DNA of 39,990 nt, taken from positions 18,167,457 through 18,207,446 of the forward strand of contig NC_069002.1 of assembly GCF_001194135.2 (NCBI RefSeq), written 5' to 3'. The DNA comes from Octopus bimaculoides. Lineage: Eukaryota. This document shows positions 24,701-38,200 of the stretch, piece after piece (the stretch's first letter is position 1; every line of letters starts with the position of its first letter). The position numbers and the translations under genes were made by a program. The notes under the pieces were generated by a model. It saw only the letters and a program-made list of their open reading frames with translations, had not been told where the DNA came from and did no database searches.

Positions 24701-27700
24701 AGCTGCACAAAACCGAATTTCACGGGAGGGCTGCAATCAGAAAACTACTACTTTCAAAAACAAACGTTGCAAAGCGTTTAGAGTGGAGTAAAAACCTACA
24801 GAATCAGTCCCGAGAACAGTGGAAGAATGTTATTTCTTGGACGAATCGTCCTTTACCTTATTTCTGAATACCGGCCGAGTATACGTGTGGGGACAGCCAA
24901 GAAAAGCATTTGACTCAGACTGCCTTTTTCCACGTGTTAAACATGTAGGAGGATCTGTGATGATCTGGGAGGAAGGGCTATATCTTGGAAATCTGCTGGC
25001 TCAATGGTTTGTCTTCATGGCAGAATTAATAGTCAAGACTATTCAAGTATTTTATCTGATGGTCCTACCCAATATTAAAATAAATTTGTTTGAAATTTTA
25101 AGGTGTTTCCATTATTTTGTCCAATCCCTGTATATACACACTTGAGTCAGCTCAACAATGTATATGTGGTACAACTGTTATATAGAAATGAAATTTAGGA
25201 TAGAGGAGAAGATGTAGAGGTGATTATATTGACTCCAGCACATGACTGGTATCGTATTTTATCTGTCTTTCCAGAAGGAAAGGCCAAATTGACCTCGGTA
25301 GTATCTGAACTCGGAATGTAAAGGGTCGTAAATAAATACCACAAGATATTTTGTCCAACACTAACAAATACCCAAGAACAAGAGAGGTTGAGAGTTTCTT
25401 AAATGAACCAGTGGATATTACTGGTACAGATTATATCAGCTACAGAGTGACATTAGTTACTCTGACACGATTTAAACACTGTAAGGGATGATTCTGTATT
25501 TAACCCTAGGTCAGAGGAAAGAGATACATTACGAGTGACGGGGGTGAAAAGGGGTGAAAGTAAGAAGACAGACGATCTGAACCAGTAACAGTAAGGGAGG
25601 ATTAGATGAAGTGAAGAAAAATCTAGTCATGTGATAACAACAACAATAATTATGGTGATGATTAATTGATGAGGTAGATTACAGTGTCATTACAGTGTGA
25701 AAGAGAGTTGAAAGACGATGGCCCATGGTGGGATATGAATGACTCAATAAAATAAACAGATTTTGATATTCCTGATGAATGTGGTCTTACCATTGAACTG
25801 CTATATGTAGAGGTGTGTTACTATTATTGTCAACCGCATTGGCATCAATGCCATCTTGTTGTAGTAGAAGTTCAACAGTATATGTGTGTCCATTCAGACA
25901 GGCCTGATGCAGAGGTGTCCAACCATCTTTGTCCACCACACTGACATTAATGTTAGTGTGTTGTAGTAGATGTTCAGCGGTCTCCATGTGTCCATACAGA
26001 CAGAGCAGATGTAGAGATGTGCAACCATTTCTGGCCACGGCATTGACATTAATGCCAGTCTGTTGTATTAGAAGTTTAACAGTGTCTGTGTGGCCATGCC
26101 TACAAGCCAGGTGTAAAGGTGTCCAGCCATCTTTGGCCACCACACTAATATCAGTGTGCTTATGTTGTAGTAGACACTTAACAATGTCTGTATGTCCATT
26201 CAGACACGACAGATGTAAAGGTGTGCAACCATTTCTGGTCACAGCATTAGCATCAATGCCAGTCTGTTGTAGTAGAAAATTAACAGTGTCTGTGTGTCCA
26301 TATCGACAGGAGAGATGTAGACATGTCTCATAAACATTGTCCACTTCACTGACATTAGTGCCAGTGTCTTGTAGTAGAAGTTCAACAATGTCTGTGTGTC
26401 CATTCATACAGGACAGATGTAGAGGTGTCCAACCCTCTCCGGCAACCATACTGACATCAGAGCCAGTTCGTTCTAGTAAAAGTTTAACAGTGTCTGCGTG
26501 CCCAGCCTGACAGGCCAGGTGTAAAGGTGTGTAGTGATCATTGGTCATCACATTGGCATTAATGCCAGATTTTTCTAGTAGAAGTTTAACCGTTTCAATG
26601 TGTCCATTCATACAGGCCAGATGTAAAAGTGTGTTACCATTATAGTCTACTACAGTGACGTCAGTGTCAGTTTCTTCTAGTAGAAGTTTAACTGTGTCTG
26701 TGTGACCATTCAGACAGGTCAGATGTACAGGTGTGTCGCCATCATAGTCCACCACATCGACATCAGTGCCATTCTGTTGTAGTAAAAGTTTAACAATGTC
26801 TGTGTGTCCATTCAGACAGGCAAGATGTAGAGGTGTGCAACCATCTTTGGTCACCGCCGTGACATCAGCGCCATTCTGTTGTAGCAGAAGTTCAGCAGTG
26901 TCTGTGTGTCCATTTAAACAGGTTAGATGTAGAGGTGTGTTACCATTATTATCTACAACCATGACATCAGTACCATTCTGCTGCAGCAGAAGTTTAACAG
27001 TGTCTGTGTGTCCATTATAAGAGGCCCGATGTAAAGGTGTCCAGCCATGATTATCCACTACCATGACATCAGTGCCAGTCTGTTGTAGCAGAAGTTTAAC
27101 AGTGTCTGTGTGTCCATTCCGATAGGCCAGATGTAAAGGTGTCCAGCCATCATTGTCCACCACCGTGACATCAGTGCCAGTCTGTTGTAGCAGAAGTCTG
27201 ACACTGTCTGTGTGACCATTCAGACAGGCCATATGTAGAGGTGTCTGACAATCATTGTTCACCACCTTGACATCAGTGCCATTCTGTTGTAGCAGAAGTT
27301 TAACAGTATCTGTGTGTCCATCTTGACAAGCCAGATGTAGAGGTGTGTCGCCATCATTGTCCACTACACTGACATCAGTGCCATTCTGTTGTAGCAGAAG
27401 TTTAACAGTATCTGTGTGTCCATCTTGACTAGCCAGATGTAGAGGTGTGTCGCCATCATTGTCCACTACCCTGACATCAGTGCCAGTCTGTTGTAGGAGA
27501 AGTTTGACACTGTCTGAGTGTCCATTCAAACAGGCTAGATGTAGAGGTGTCCAATCGTATTTGTCCACCGCAGTGACATCAGTTCCAGTTTGCTGTAGTA
27601 AAAGTTTAACAATGTCTGTATGTCCATTGAGACAAGCAAGATGTAGAGATGTGTCACCATCATTGTCTACCACGTTGACATCAGTGCCAGTCTGGTGTAG

Positions 27701-28145
27701 TAGAAGGTTAACAGTGACTGTGTGTCCATCTTGAGAGGCCAGATGTAAAGGTGTGTTACCATCATTGTCCACAGCACTAACATCAGTGTCATTCTGTTGT
27801 AGTAGAAGTTTAACAGTGTCTGTGTGTCCACGTAGACAGGGAAGATGTAGGGGTGTCCAACCATCATTATTTCGTTGATTGACCTGAAAATATAAGCAAT
27901 AAATACTTTAAAGATGGTGTGTACTAGATGGTGTGGGGTACAAGAATTGTAAAAAAATCTCAGAAAGTGAAAGGAAAGAATCAAACTAATAAACAGCTGG
28001 AATGAATGTGGGGAAGAACAAATAAATGAGGTTTGTATATATACACTCACTTACACACGCACACACACACACACACACACATTTATATACCCTCTCACAT
28101 GCAAATATACGCATCCACACGCACAGACACACACACATATATACA

Positions 28146-28212
<67 letters not shown>

Positions 28213-29073
28213 GTACGGCTAGCTGGCAGAAACGTTAGCACGCCGGGCGAAATGCTTAGCGGTATTTCGTCTGCCGCTACGTTCTGAGTTCAAATTCTGC
28301 CGAGGTCGACTTTGCCTTTCATCCTTTCGGGGTCGATTAAATAAGTACCAGTTACGCACTGGGGTCGGTATAATCGACTTAATCCGTTTGTCTGTCCTTG
28401 TTTGTCCCCTCTGTGTGTACATACATAAATACACATATATATACATATGTACAGAAATATACCTACGCTTTATGTTTTCACAAGTCATTTATGTTTATGT
28501 ATTTTTTGTGTGTGTGTGCATTTATGTGCATTTATGTGCATTTATGTGCATCTATGTGCATTTATGTGCATTTATGTGCATTTATGTGCATTTATGTGCA
28601 TTTATGTATGTATATTCGAGTATGTAAGTATATGTATGTATATGCTTATGAGCCTATATGCATATTTATGCATGTATATGTAGGTCTGTATGAGAAATGA
28701 AGAAAAAAAAACAATTTAAAGAAATATAAATTCATTATGGAAACTAAAATTTTTCAATTTTGTGAGACCAATTCCGAAAGATCTTCCAGATATCTATGAA
28801 CTTCTTCTGAAATCCACTCTTTTCAATGTTGTAGCAAATAATTATGTCTATATTGTGGGAAAGAAAGTCGAAAAGTGTGTGTAGCGAGGTATCGATCTAA
28901 AATTCAGCAAAGATATTTATTTTGTTACCAAAATCATCAAATGCACACAAGGAAATGAGCAACTTTTTATAAAAACATATGAATCGTCAGAAAGTCATCA
29001 GTAAACAAAGTTTGGGCACACTGTATGTACATATCACATACGTACAACACACACACACAGATAGATAGATAGT

Positions 29074-29127
<54 letters not shown>

Positions 29128-30493
29128 NNNNNNNNNNNNNNNNNNNNNNNNNNNNNNNNNNNNNNNNNNNNNNNNNNNNNNNNNNNNNNNNNNNNNNNNN
29201 NNNNNNNNNNNNNNNNNNNNNNNNNNNNNNNNNNNNNNNNNNNNNNNNNNNNNNNNNNNNNNNNNNNNNNNNNNNNNNNNNNNNNNNNNNNNNNNNNNNN
29301 NNNNNNNNNNNNNNNNNNNNNNNNNNNNNNNNNNNNNNNNNNNNNNNNNNNNNNNNNNNNNNNNNNNNNNNNNNNNNNNNNNNNNNNNNNNNNNNNNNNN
29401 NNNNNNNNNNNNNNNNNNNNNNNNNNNNNNNNNNNNNNNNNNNNNNNNNNNNNNNNNNNNNNNNNNNNNNNNNNNNNNNNNNNNNNNNNNNNNNNNNNNN
29501 NNNNNNNNNNNNNNNNNNNNNNNNNNNNNNNNNNNNNNNNNNNNNNNNNNNNNNNNNNNNNNNNNNNNNNNNNNNNNNNNNNNNNNNNNNNNNNNNNNNN
29601 NNNNNNNNNNNNNNNNNNNNNNNNNNNNNNNNNNNNNNNNNNNNNNNNNNNNNNNNNNNNNNNNNNNNNNNNNNNNNNNNNNNNNNNNNNNNNNNNNNNN
29701 NNNNNNNNNNNNNNNNNNNNNNNNNNNNNNNNNNNNNNNNNNNNNNNNNNNNNNNNNNNNNNNNNNNNNNNNNNNNNNNNNNNNNNNNNNNNNNNNNNNN
29801 NNNNNNNNNNNNNNNNNNNNNNNNNNNNNNNNNNNNNNNNNNNNNNNNNNNNNNNNNNNNNNNNNNNNNNNNNNNNNNNNNNNNNNNNNNNNNNNNNNNN
29901 NNNNNNNNNNNNNNNNNNNNNNNNNNNNNNNNNNNNNNNNNNNNNNNNNNNNNNNNNNNNNNNNNNNNNNNNNNNNNNNNNNNNNNNNNNNNNNNNNNNN
30001 NNNNNNNNNNNNNNNNNNNNNNNNNNNNNNNNNNNNNNNNNNNNNNNNNNNNNNNNNNNNNNNNNNNNNNNNNNNNNNNNNNNNNNNNNNNNTTTCTAGA
30101 AGTTGTCCATAGGTTCCGGCCCGAAAGTCGTCTTGAACAGGCGGGTCAGGTATTCCTCGTCAACGCCCAGGTTCACCCTCCACAAATCCCCTATAGAATG
30201 CTTTGGTTGTGTTGCAGTCACTCAATGTCGACCCGGGACGGCATAGTTGCTGGAGAGCAACGCGACACTCGCAGTGCCATTCGCTCTTTCTCGGCCTCTT
30301 TTTGATCCACGACTGCAGTTCGGTCATGGAGACGAGTTGCGGGAAAGCGCCCCTCACAAACGGCAACCACACCTGTTCACCATCGTCTATGTAGAGCCGG
30401 AGATGTCTAGATGTCTAGATAGATAGATAGACAGACAGACAGGCAGGCAGACAGACAGACAGATACATAGATAAATAGATAGATAGATAGATA

Positions 30494-30563
<70 letters not shown>

Positions 30564-33500
30564 TGGCGAGCTGGCAGAAACGTTAGCATGCCGGATGAAA
30601 TGCATAGGGGTATTTCGCCTGCCGTTATGTTCTGAGTTCAAATTCCACCGAGGTCGGCTTTTATCCTTTCAGGATCGATAAATTAAGTACCAGTTACGCA
30701 CTGGAGTCGATGTAATTGACTTAATCCCTTTGTCTGTCCTTGTTTATCCCCTCTATGTTTAGCCCCTAGTGGGCAATAAAGATCAGTCTTAATCACGGGG
30801 CGTACCCCATGATTTCTGTTGTCTTGAGAGCCAGAGATGATAGGAAGCTCTTTCAGCAACGCTACATACTAACCTCTTTAGTGCTTTTGCTTTAGAGTGA
30901 CGAGCACCAAGTCGGTATAACGAAGGAAGGAGGGCATGCGATGCGAAACCTCTACAGCCCACTTCTACCGGCCACACTGAAGTCGTCCGACCGTTGTTAT
31001 CACAAAGCAGTTTCAGTTCCTTGTATTTCCTCATTTTCCTCTCATGTGAAGTCTGCATGTTGCTTTCATCACAAACTGTAAGTTCAATCAGTGCTATTGT
31101 CTTCCTCTGCTCGGAAAAGATTAATATGTCAGGCCGAAGGTTCGTGACGGCAATCTTTTCTGGGAAGATCAATTTCGTGTCCAAATCTGCCATGATTGTT
31201 CAGTCGTTTACTAAAGTCAAAAGCCCCGACCGTCTCTACATTGAGCAGAGAAATTGGACGGAAATCAGTTATTATCTTCTCGTTGGATTTTGCCGATTTC
31301 TAGATGTACACCCCTTCGGCCACTCTCCATTGGATTGGAATTCTCCTGGTCCTCCACACAACGGCCATAAATCTCCAAATCAAGCGAAGTAGGCGTGGGC
31401 AACTTTTGTACATCTTATATGGTATCCCATTTTATCCAGGAGCTGATGCATTCCTAGTCCGTCTCAAAATGTCTTTCAACTCCTTAAACGTCGCGGCCGA
31501 GTCGGCAAAAGGGTGAGAAGGGGGATCAGGCTGTATTACACCTTCCCACTCTTCAAAGTCACCCGTCATAGTCGATGAGTAAGTCCGGTGAAGATGATCA
31601 TTCAGATCTTCTCTCGAGCAGTTGAGATTAATCCTACAACTTGGATCCAGAATCTCCCTAGTATAACGGAAAGGTTCTTTCATAAATTTCCGCCTCCCCG
31701 ATTTCCTTTCCCGCCTCCTCGTACATGCTCTCTCTGCTTTGCGTAGTTTTAAAATCTCGCTGTGCAGCCTTTCACCAAGGTCCTTTAACCATCATTCTCT
31801 TCCTCGGGTGCTGAGCGGATTCTCTTGTGAAAAGACCTCTTTTCTTTGCGTAGGTGCTTAAGGCGCACAGAACGTCGATTAGGTTGAATCTCATGAGCAG
31901 ATTTTTCTTTAGCACCAAAACAATCCATAGCAAATGCGTTCACCATCTTCTCATAGGTGTGAAGTTTCTGATCAATGGGACCATGCAATAAAGGTGACAC
32001 CACTCTCTCAGCCTCTTCATCAAATGCCTCCCAGTCCCGTTTATTAGACATAGGTGGCCAATTTATACAAGGGCGGCAGTCTAACTTTGACAAAAGCAGA
32101 CGATCTTGAATCCCATGGCGGTCGGTAAACATTGTGGTTATCCTCCAAGTTTCCGTCTTGCCCCGATTTACTTTTGCTATTTAACAAAATACTGTTCAAA
32201 GACTCACCGCACTGCGTTTTGCCCTGATGAATGCGAACTTCCCTCTTCCCTTTAAACTGGCGATGGCATATTTCACATACACCTTCCTCAAGTAAAGGCT
32301 CCAAGTCACTAATCCCCAAATCGTTGTTGAACGCGAAATCCTGGTCTAATTCCGTGAAATCACGGGAGCTTGTTAAACCGGACGACCTCCCAGCCGGTAT
32401 GAAATTCTCAAAAGTAACTTGATCCATTGAAATTTAGAAAACTAGACTTTCCTAGTAGTCAATCAGTTTGTTCTTGACAGTCATCCAGACTTTCCTAGTG
32501 GTCACTGAATCCTCACAATCAGAAGGAGATGAAAAATATCATAAACTTGGTCAAAAAAAGCAAACACTCCGGCAGGAGATAGCCAAAATTATATATACAT
32601 ATAAATACATATATATATATATATATATAAATAAGAAATATAAAGATATATAAAAAAAGGAACAAAAATACTGGAGATTCAGTATATACCACGTGGCAAA
32701 ATTATGAGTTGAAAATATGTGGAAAACATATAAAAAGTGGAAGAGAAATGCTTTCGTTTCATATAGTTTAATATCTTTTTATAAATATATACATATTGCA
32801 TGGATGTCGTGAAATCCTACCGGTTTTTACTATTTAAATTAGCTTTTCAAGGGACATTGTACTCTAATCAGTTCTCGTGACAGAGGGGTTTCGTCATTTT
32901 GGATGTTTGAAGAATAAGAAGAATGAGTCTAGTGAGTGAACCAAGCGAAGCAACAGGCGGCAAAGGGGACAACTAGATCCTTAGTATTTTCTTTTTTAAA
33001 GTCAAATTTGTATATTGAGGTGTGGTCTGTACTTTTGTATGAACAGGTTTTCTTTGTTTAGGCGTTCTTGTACTGAGATTAAATCTTTGCATTGGTATAA
33101 ATGGGAAGATATGAAAATTCGGCGATTTTTTACTTGCGCATTTGTCGATATACCCGCTCAGTGCTATCTGCCTGTATTGAGGGAAACGAATCTGTTCTTT
33201 ATGTAGCGTGACTCTGCGTCTCAAAGTAAGGTTTGTTTGGCTCACATAATTGTGACCACAACCTGAGCAGGTTAGTACATAGAAAAGGTTCTGGGAAGCA
33301 CATGTGAAGTTGGTTTACTTGAGAATTTTTGTCCTTGCTGGAATGTGAATTCCGAGCCTTAGGTTAAGTATGGGCATGTACCACAATTAGGTCGTCTGCA
33401 TTTTTTAACTGTTGATATCATTTGTATTGAGTATAGTTTTGCATTTGTTAGGAATCTCTTGAGTGATTTATGTTGTCTTTTGCATTTGAGGAGTTTATGT

Positions 33501-35179
33501 GTATTTAAGATGTTGTTCATTTTCGGGTTTTGAGTGAGCAGAGGGAGATTTTGTATGATTGTGTTGTATGCTTCATTGTTTCTGGGGTTGTGGGTTGATA
33601 TGCATGGGAGTGATTTAAAGTGAGGTATTGTGTTTTGTTTTGTTGTCCTTGTTCTATAAGTGCGGGTGGGTATTGACGCTCAATGAGTGCTATTTTGAGT
33701 TCTTGTTCCCGAGTGGTTATGTCAGATACAATTGTACAGATTCTTTTTGCTAGATTGAATGGGATATTTTTTTGGGTGTGTTTAGGATGGCATGAACTGA
33801 AAAGGAGATACTGTTTTGAGTCTGTTGGTTTGTAGTAAATGTCGGTTGCAATTTGGTTGTTGCACTTTTTTAAAATCAAAATGTCCAGAAATGGGAGCTG
33901 TTCCTTGCTATATTCCATTGGGATTTATATTATTCAGTGTGGATTTGAAATCCAGGAGTTTATCATAGGTTTCATTCCAGATGGTAAAACAATCGTCTAG
34001 GTACCTTTTCTAGTTTTCTCTTATATACTGGTGGAATGGGGGTCCGAATTTTTGGAGTGAAAGTTCATATAGGATAGATTCAAAGAAACCCATTATTAGG
34101 TTCGCAAGTACAGGCGCTGCTTTCATTCCCATCGCAATACCGCATTTTTGGCAGTAGTCTATTGTATCGAATAGGAAGTAATTGTTTTGTAGGATGAACT
34201 TCAGGGATTCAATGACAAAAGTCTGGTTTATGCGGTCCGGGAGAACTTCGGGGTATTTTTCTAATCAGAATTTTATTGCCTCTATTCCGTAGTCATGTGG
34301 AATGTTAGTGAAGAGGTTGATAGCATCAAAGGAGACTAATAGAGCTTCTTGTCCAGATCGTCTCTCATGAAACTTTTAATGTATCTGAGGAAAGGTTTCA
34401 ATAGAATGTGCAGAAAGTTGCTTAGGCGGTGTGTTTCACAGGCTGGGCCCACTGTAATAGGCCTTAATTTTAAGTCTATTAGTCTCCTTCGATGTCATCA
34501 ATCTCCACACTAACATTCCACCGGTTGGATTTTACGACATCCATATAATATGTATATATTTATAAAAAAGATATTAAACTATGTGAAACGAATACATTTC
34601 TCTTTCACTTTTTATGTTTTCCATATATTTTCAAACTACACACACACACACACGTATATATATATATATATATACTCACTAACCTGTAAAATGTTATTTC
34701 CTTTACTACTCAACAGGACTTCGACTACTTCTTTACAGTTCTCCTCTACAGCAAGATGGAGAGGGTTGTTGCTTGATGAGTCCTGCTTGTTAACATTCGC
34801 TCCACTGGAAACCAGGGATTTCGCAGCATCATGTTTATGGCTGAAAGTAAAAAATGTAAATATTACAGAAATCCACGTAATAATTATATTAAATGTACAT
34901 TCATATTCAATACATAATAACTAAATGCACAAAAATGTATGTATATTATACCGGGTATATATATTTATATATTTGATCCTTTATATTGAACACTCAATAT
35001 TTCATCTACATTCAATACTTTCTTTCATGGTGCCATCCATTTTTATTTTATTTTATTTTATATTATATATTGTGTATTATATTATATATTATATATTCCA
35101 TATTCTATACCCCACATTGGTTCTGCAGGAATATAAATAAAACAAAAAAAACAGACAGTGTTGGAACTCTTTTAAACAA

Positions 35180-35221
<42 letters not shown>

Positions 35222-38200
35222 TGAGATTCAGATGAATTGGGTACTTAAGTTGAGGCACCATAAATTAGTGCAGTATTATCCATGCAATTTCAAAATAAGG
35301 TGCAAATAAAATTAAAATATGCAACAGGATATCCAGAGGTGATGCAGTAAACCGTTTCAAGCAGCTCCATTTAATTGAACAATGCAATCATCTGAAATGG
35401 ATCTAGAGAAAATTTCATATGCCAATATTAATATATATGTATATAAACAGTCTCATAAAATTAAAAAGTCAATAAAAGAAAATGGAGAAGAAAAATTAAA
35501 AAAAAAAGCTTGGTTTGTTTTATTTGTAATACAATTGGAAAAGTAATGCAAAGATAAACAACTTGAGAGAATGTGTCAGAAGAATGCAGAGCCTGTGGAA
35601 CTTGAAACGAGACAGTGGCATACATTGTGACAGAATGCTCCAAGTTGGCACAAAAATTCCCCAAGGAGGCACAACCAGGCTGTAAACGTTTTACACAGGA
35701 AACTGTGCCAGAAATTGGGATTTGAAACTGGAAACACATGGTACGATCACCGAGCCGAAAGAGTATCATAGTCAGAGAAGTGTAAGATTTTGTGGGACTT
35801 TTTTTGTGGGAAATTAGAAAATAATAGACCAGATATTACAATCATAGATTAAGAAAAGCAAAGTTGCTTACTTATCGACCCATCATGCCCATTTGATTCC
35901 AGGATCATAAAGAAAGAGGAAGAAAAACAAAGGAAATACAATCCCTTAAAATTTGAAATAGGAAGAATTTGGATCCGGCGAACAATAAAGGTCGTGCCTA
36001 TAATAATTGGTGCGTTGAGAACTCTAAGCCAAGATATAGACAAATGGTTGAAGGAGATTGAAATAGAATGCCCACTAGAGTTCCTACAGGATGTTTGTCT
36101 GTTAAGGACAGCAAGGATTATCAGGAGGGTTCTAAGCACTTGAAAGACTGCTGAAAACTTGTGGATCCCTAAGGTTACAGGTCGTCGTAACTCGCTATCC
36201 ACGTAATTCCTACAAGGAATAAGACCGAACCTGAGACAAACCAAAATATTTTATAATAATTTCTATTGTAGGCACAAGGCCTGTAATTTTGAGGGGAGGG
36301 GAAACCGATTACATTAAACACCAGTACTCGACTTGTAGAATTACAAAATGATAAGAGGAAAAGATAACCTCAGCAAGATTTGAACTCTCAAATAATAACT
36401 ACAATACTAAAAACGAGCAATCTGGATGTTTTTATTTCAGTATTCACTTACTAGTTTCTGTCATTCAGGTTTGATAGATTATTTTTCTCCTTTCCTTGTA
36501 TATGAAGTGAATTGTTATTTGTTCAAAAACAAAATTTCTTCAAATTGCTATATTTTCAACATTAGGGATTAATTACGTTTCTGATTTTTGTTTAAATTTC
36601 AGTTCTGCCTCTATCCCCACCCCCACAGAACTAAGGAATAATACATTAACATACTCACACTTTTGTATTCACACCAACCTTCCGTAAGTTTTTAAACTTG
36701 CTAAAAATAACGGCCAAATCAACTGGGTTTAATATTTGGTTAATGAGAGGAGAGAACTTGCGTGCATGCATGAATGTACACGCACACGTACACACATAGA
36801 TACATACACACATACACATGCACACACACATAATACATACATGCATACATACATGCATACATACATACATACATACATGCATACATACATACATGCATAC
36901 ATTCATGCATACATACATACATACATGCATACATACATACAGACATACATACACACATATATACATACATGCATGCATACATACATACATACACGCATGC
37001 ATGCATACATACATACATACATATACACAGGCATACATACACACATACACACATACATACATGCATGCATACATACATACATACACACAGACATGCATGC
37101 ATACACACATACATGCATACATACATATACATAATATACACACACATACATACATGCATGAATGCATGCATACATACATATATACATACATGCATGCATG
37201 CATGCAAACATACATACATACATCCATGCATGCATGCATGCATACATGTACGCATGCATGCATACATACATACATTCACACAAACATACACACACATACA
37301 TACCCACATACATACACACATACATACATACATACACGCACGCATACATACATACATACATACATACATGCACACATACATATATACACGCATGCATACA
37401 TACATACATACATACATGCATAGACAGGGTTGTCTTTACAATGTCATCTACTGCAGTACTTTGTTTGGTCTTTTGCAGTTCTCTTCTTCCTCCGGAACTT
37501 TCACAGAGAAGATGATAAGATATGTAGTTCTGCCCTCATTTAATTACTGCAGTAGATTACTGTAATTAGGTAAGTGATAGAGAATGAGGGAATGAAGGAG
37601 AAGATTTGATGAAGAAATTTGGAAAAGGGTCTAATTGTGTATATAGACATTATATTTCTTGAAATTCAGGTTTTTCGTGATGGGCAGGTTTTCTTGAGCA
37701 TCTCAGTTCGCCATTCATCCTAGTCCTTTGTCATCTTCCCAAGATCAGATTTCACTACTTCATTCGATACCTTCCTGGGTCTCGCTCTTCCACAGTTTCC
37801 GTCTTCAGTGATCGAGATGTTTTATGCAGCTCTCCTCATCCATACACATCACATGACCTCACCGGTGCTCTCTTCTTTCTTACACAACACATCTGAGTCC
37901 TTTTAAGCCCAATTTTTATTTTAACACATTTGCCCTGTCATATGTACACACTGATATTTCACATCCAGTACAGGATGCTAGCTGCATTCTCTTCTAGTTT
38001 TGCATGTCTTCTGCATTCATGGCCCATATTTCTCTACCAAATACAATTGTTGTTTGTACACAAATATCATACATTCTGCCTTTCACTTTTGTTACCAACA
38101 ATGAAACCTTTTGTTACCAACAGAGATAATAACTCTTTGAACTTCCTCCATTCTTTTCTTATTCTTGCAACTCTGTTAATTTTTATGTGTTTTTTTCTTT

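Noticed and set aside
25929-27734. Plus-strand Cys/Ser-rich ORFs opposite the ankyrin array
   Set aside because: They are antisense shadows of the 102-bp coding repeat.
27770-27772. Start codon implied by the ORF track for the 661-aa ankyrin ORF
   Set aside because: It is a GTG Val inside a repeat; the frame continues 37 codons upstream to a splice acceptor at 27883.
25791-27883. CRISPR-like reading of the regular repeat array
   Set aside because: Units are contiguous 102-bp coding repeats without unique spacers; the context is eukaryotic and there are no cas genes.
36655-37565. Long His/Thr/Tyr and Met/Cys/Val ORFs (also 27986-28700, 12154-12435, 39255-39471)
   Set aside because: They are translations of microsatellites.
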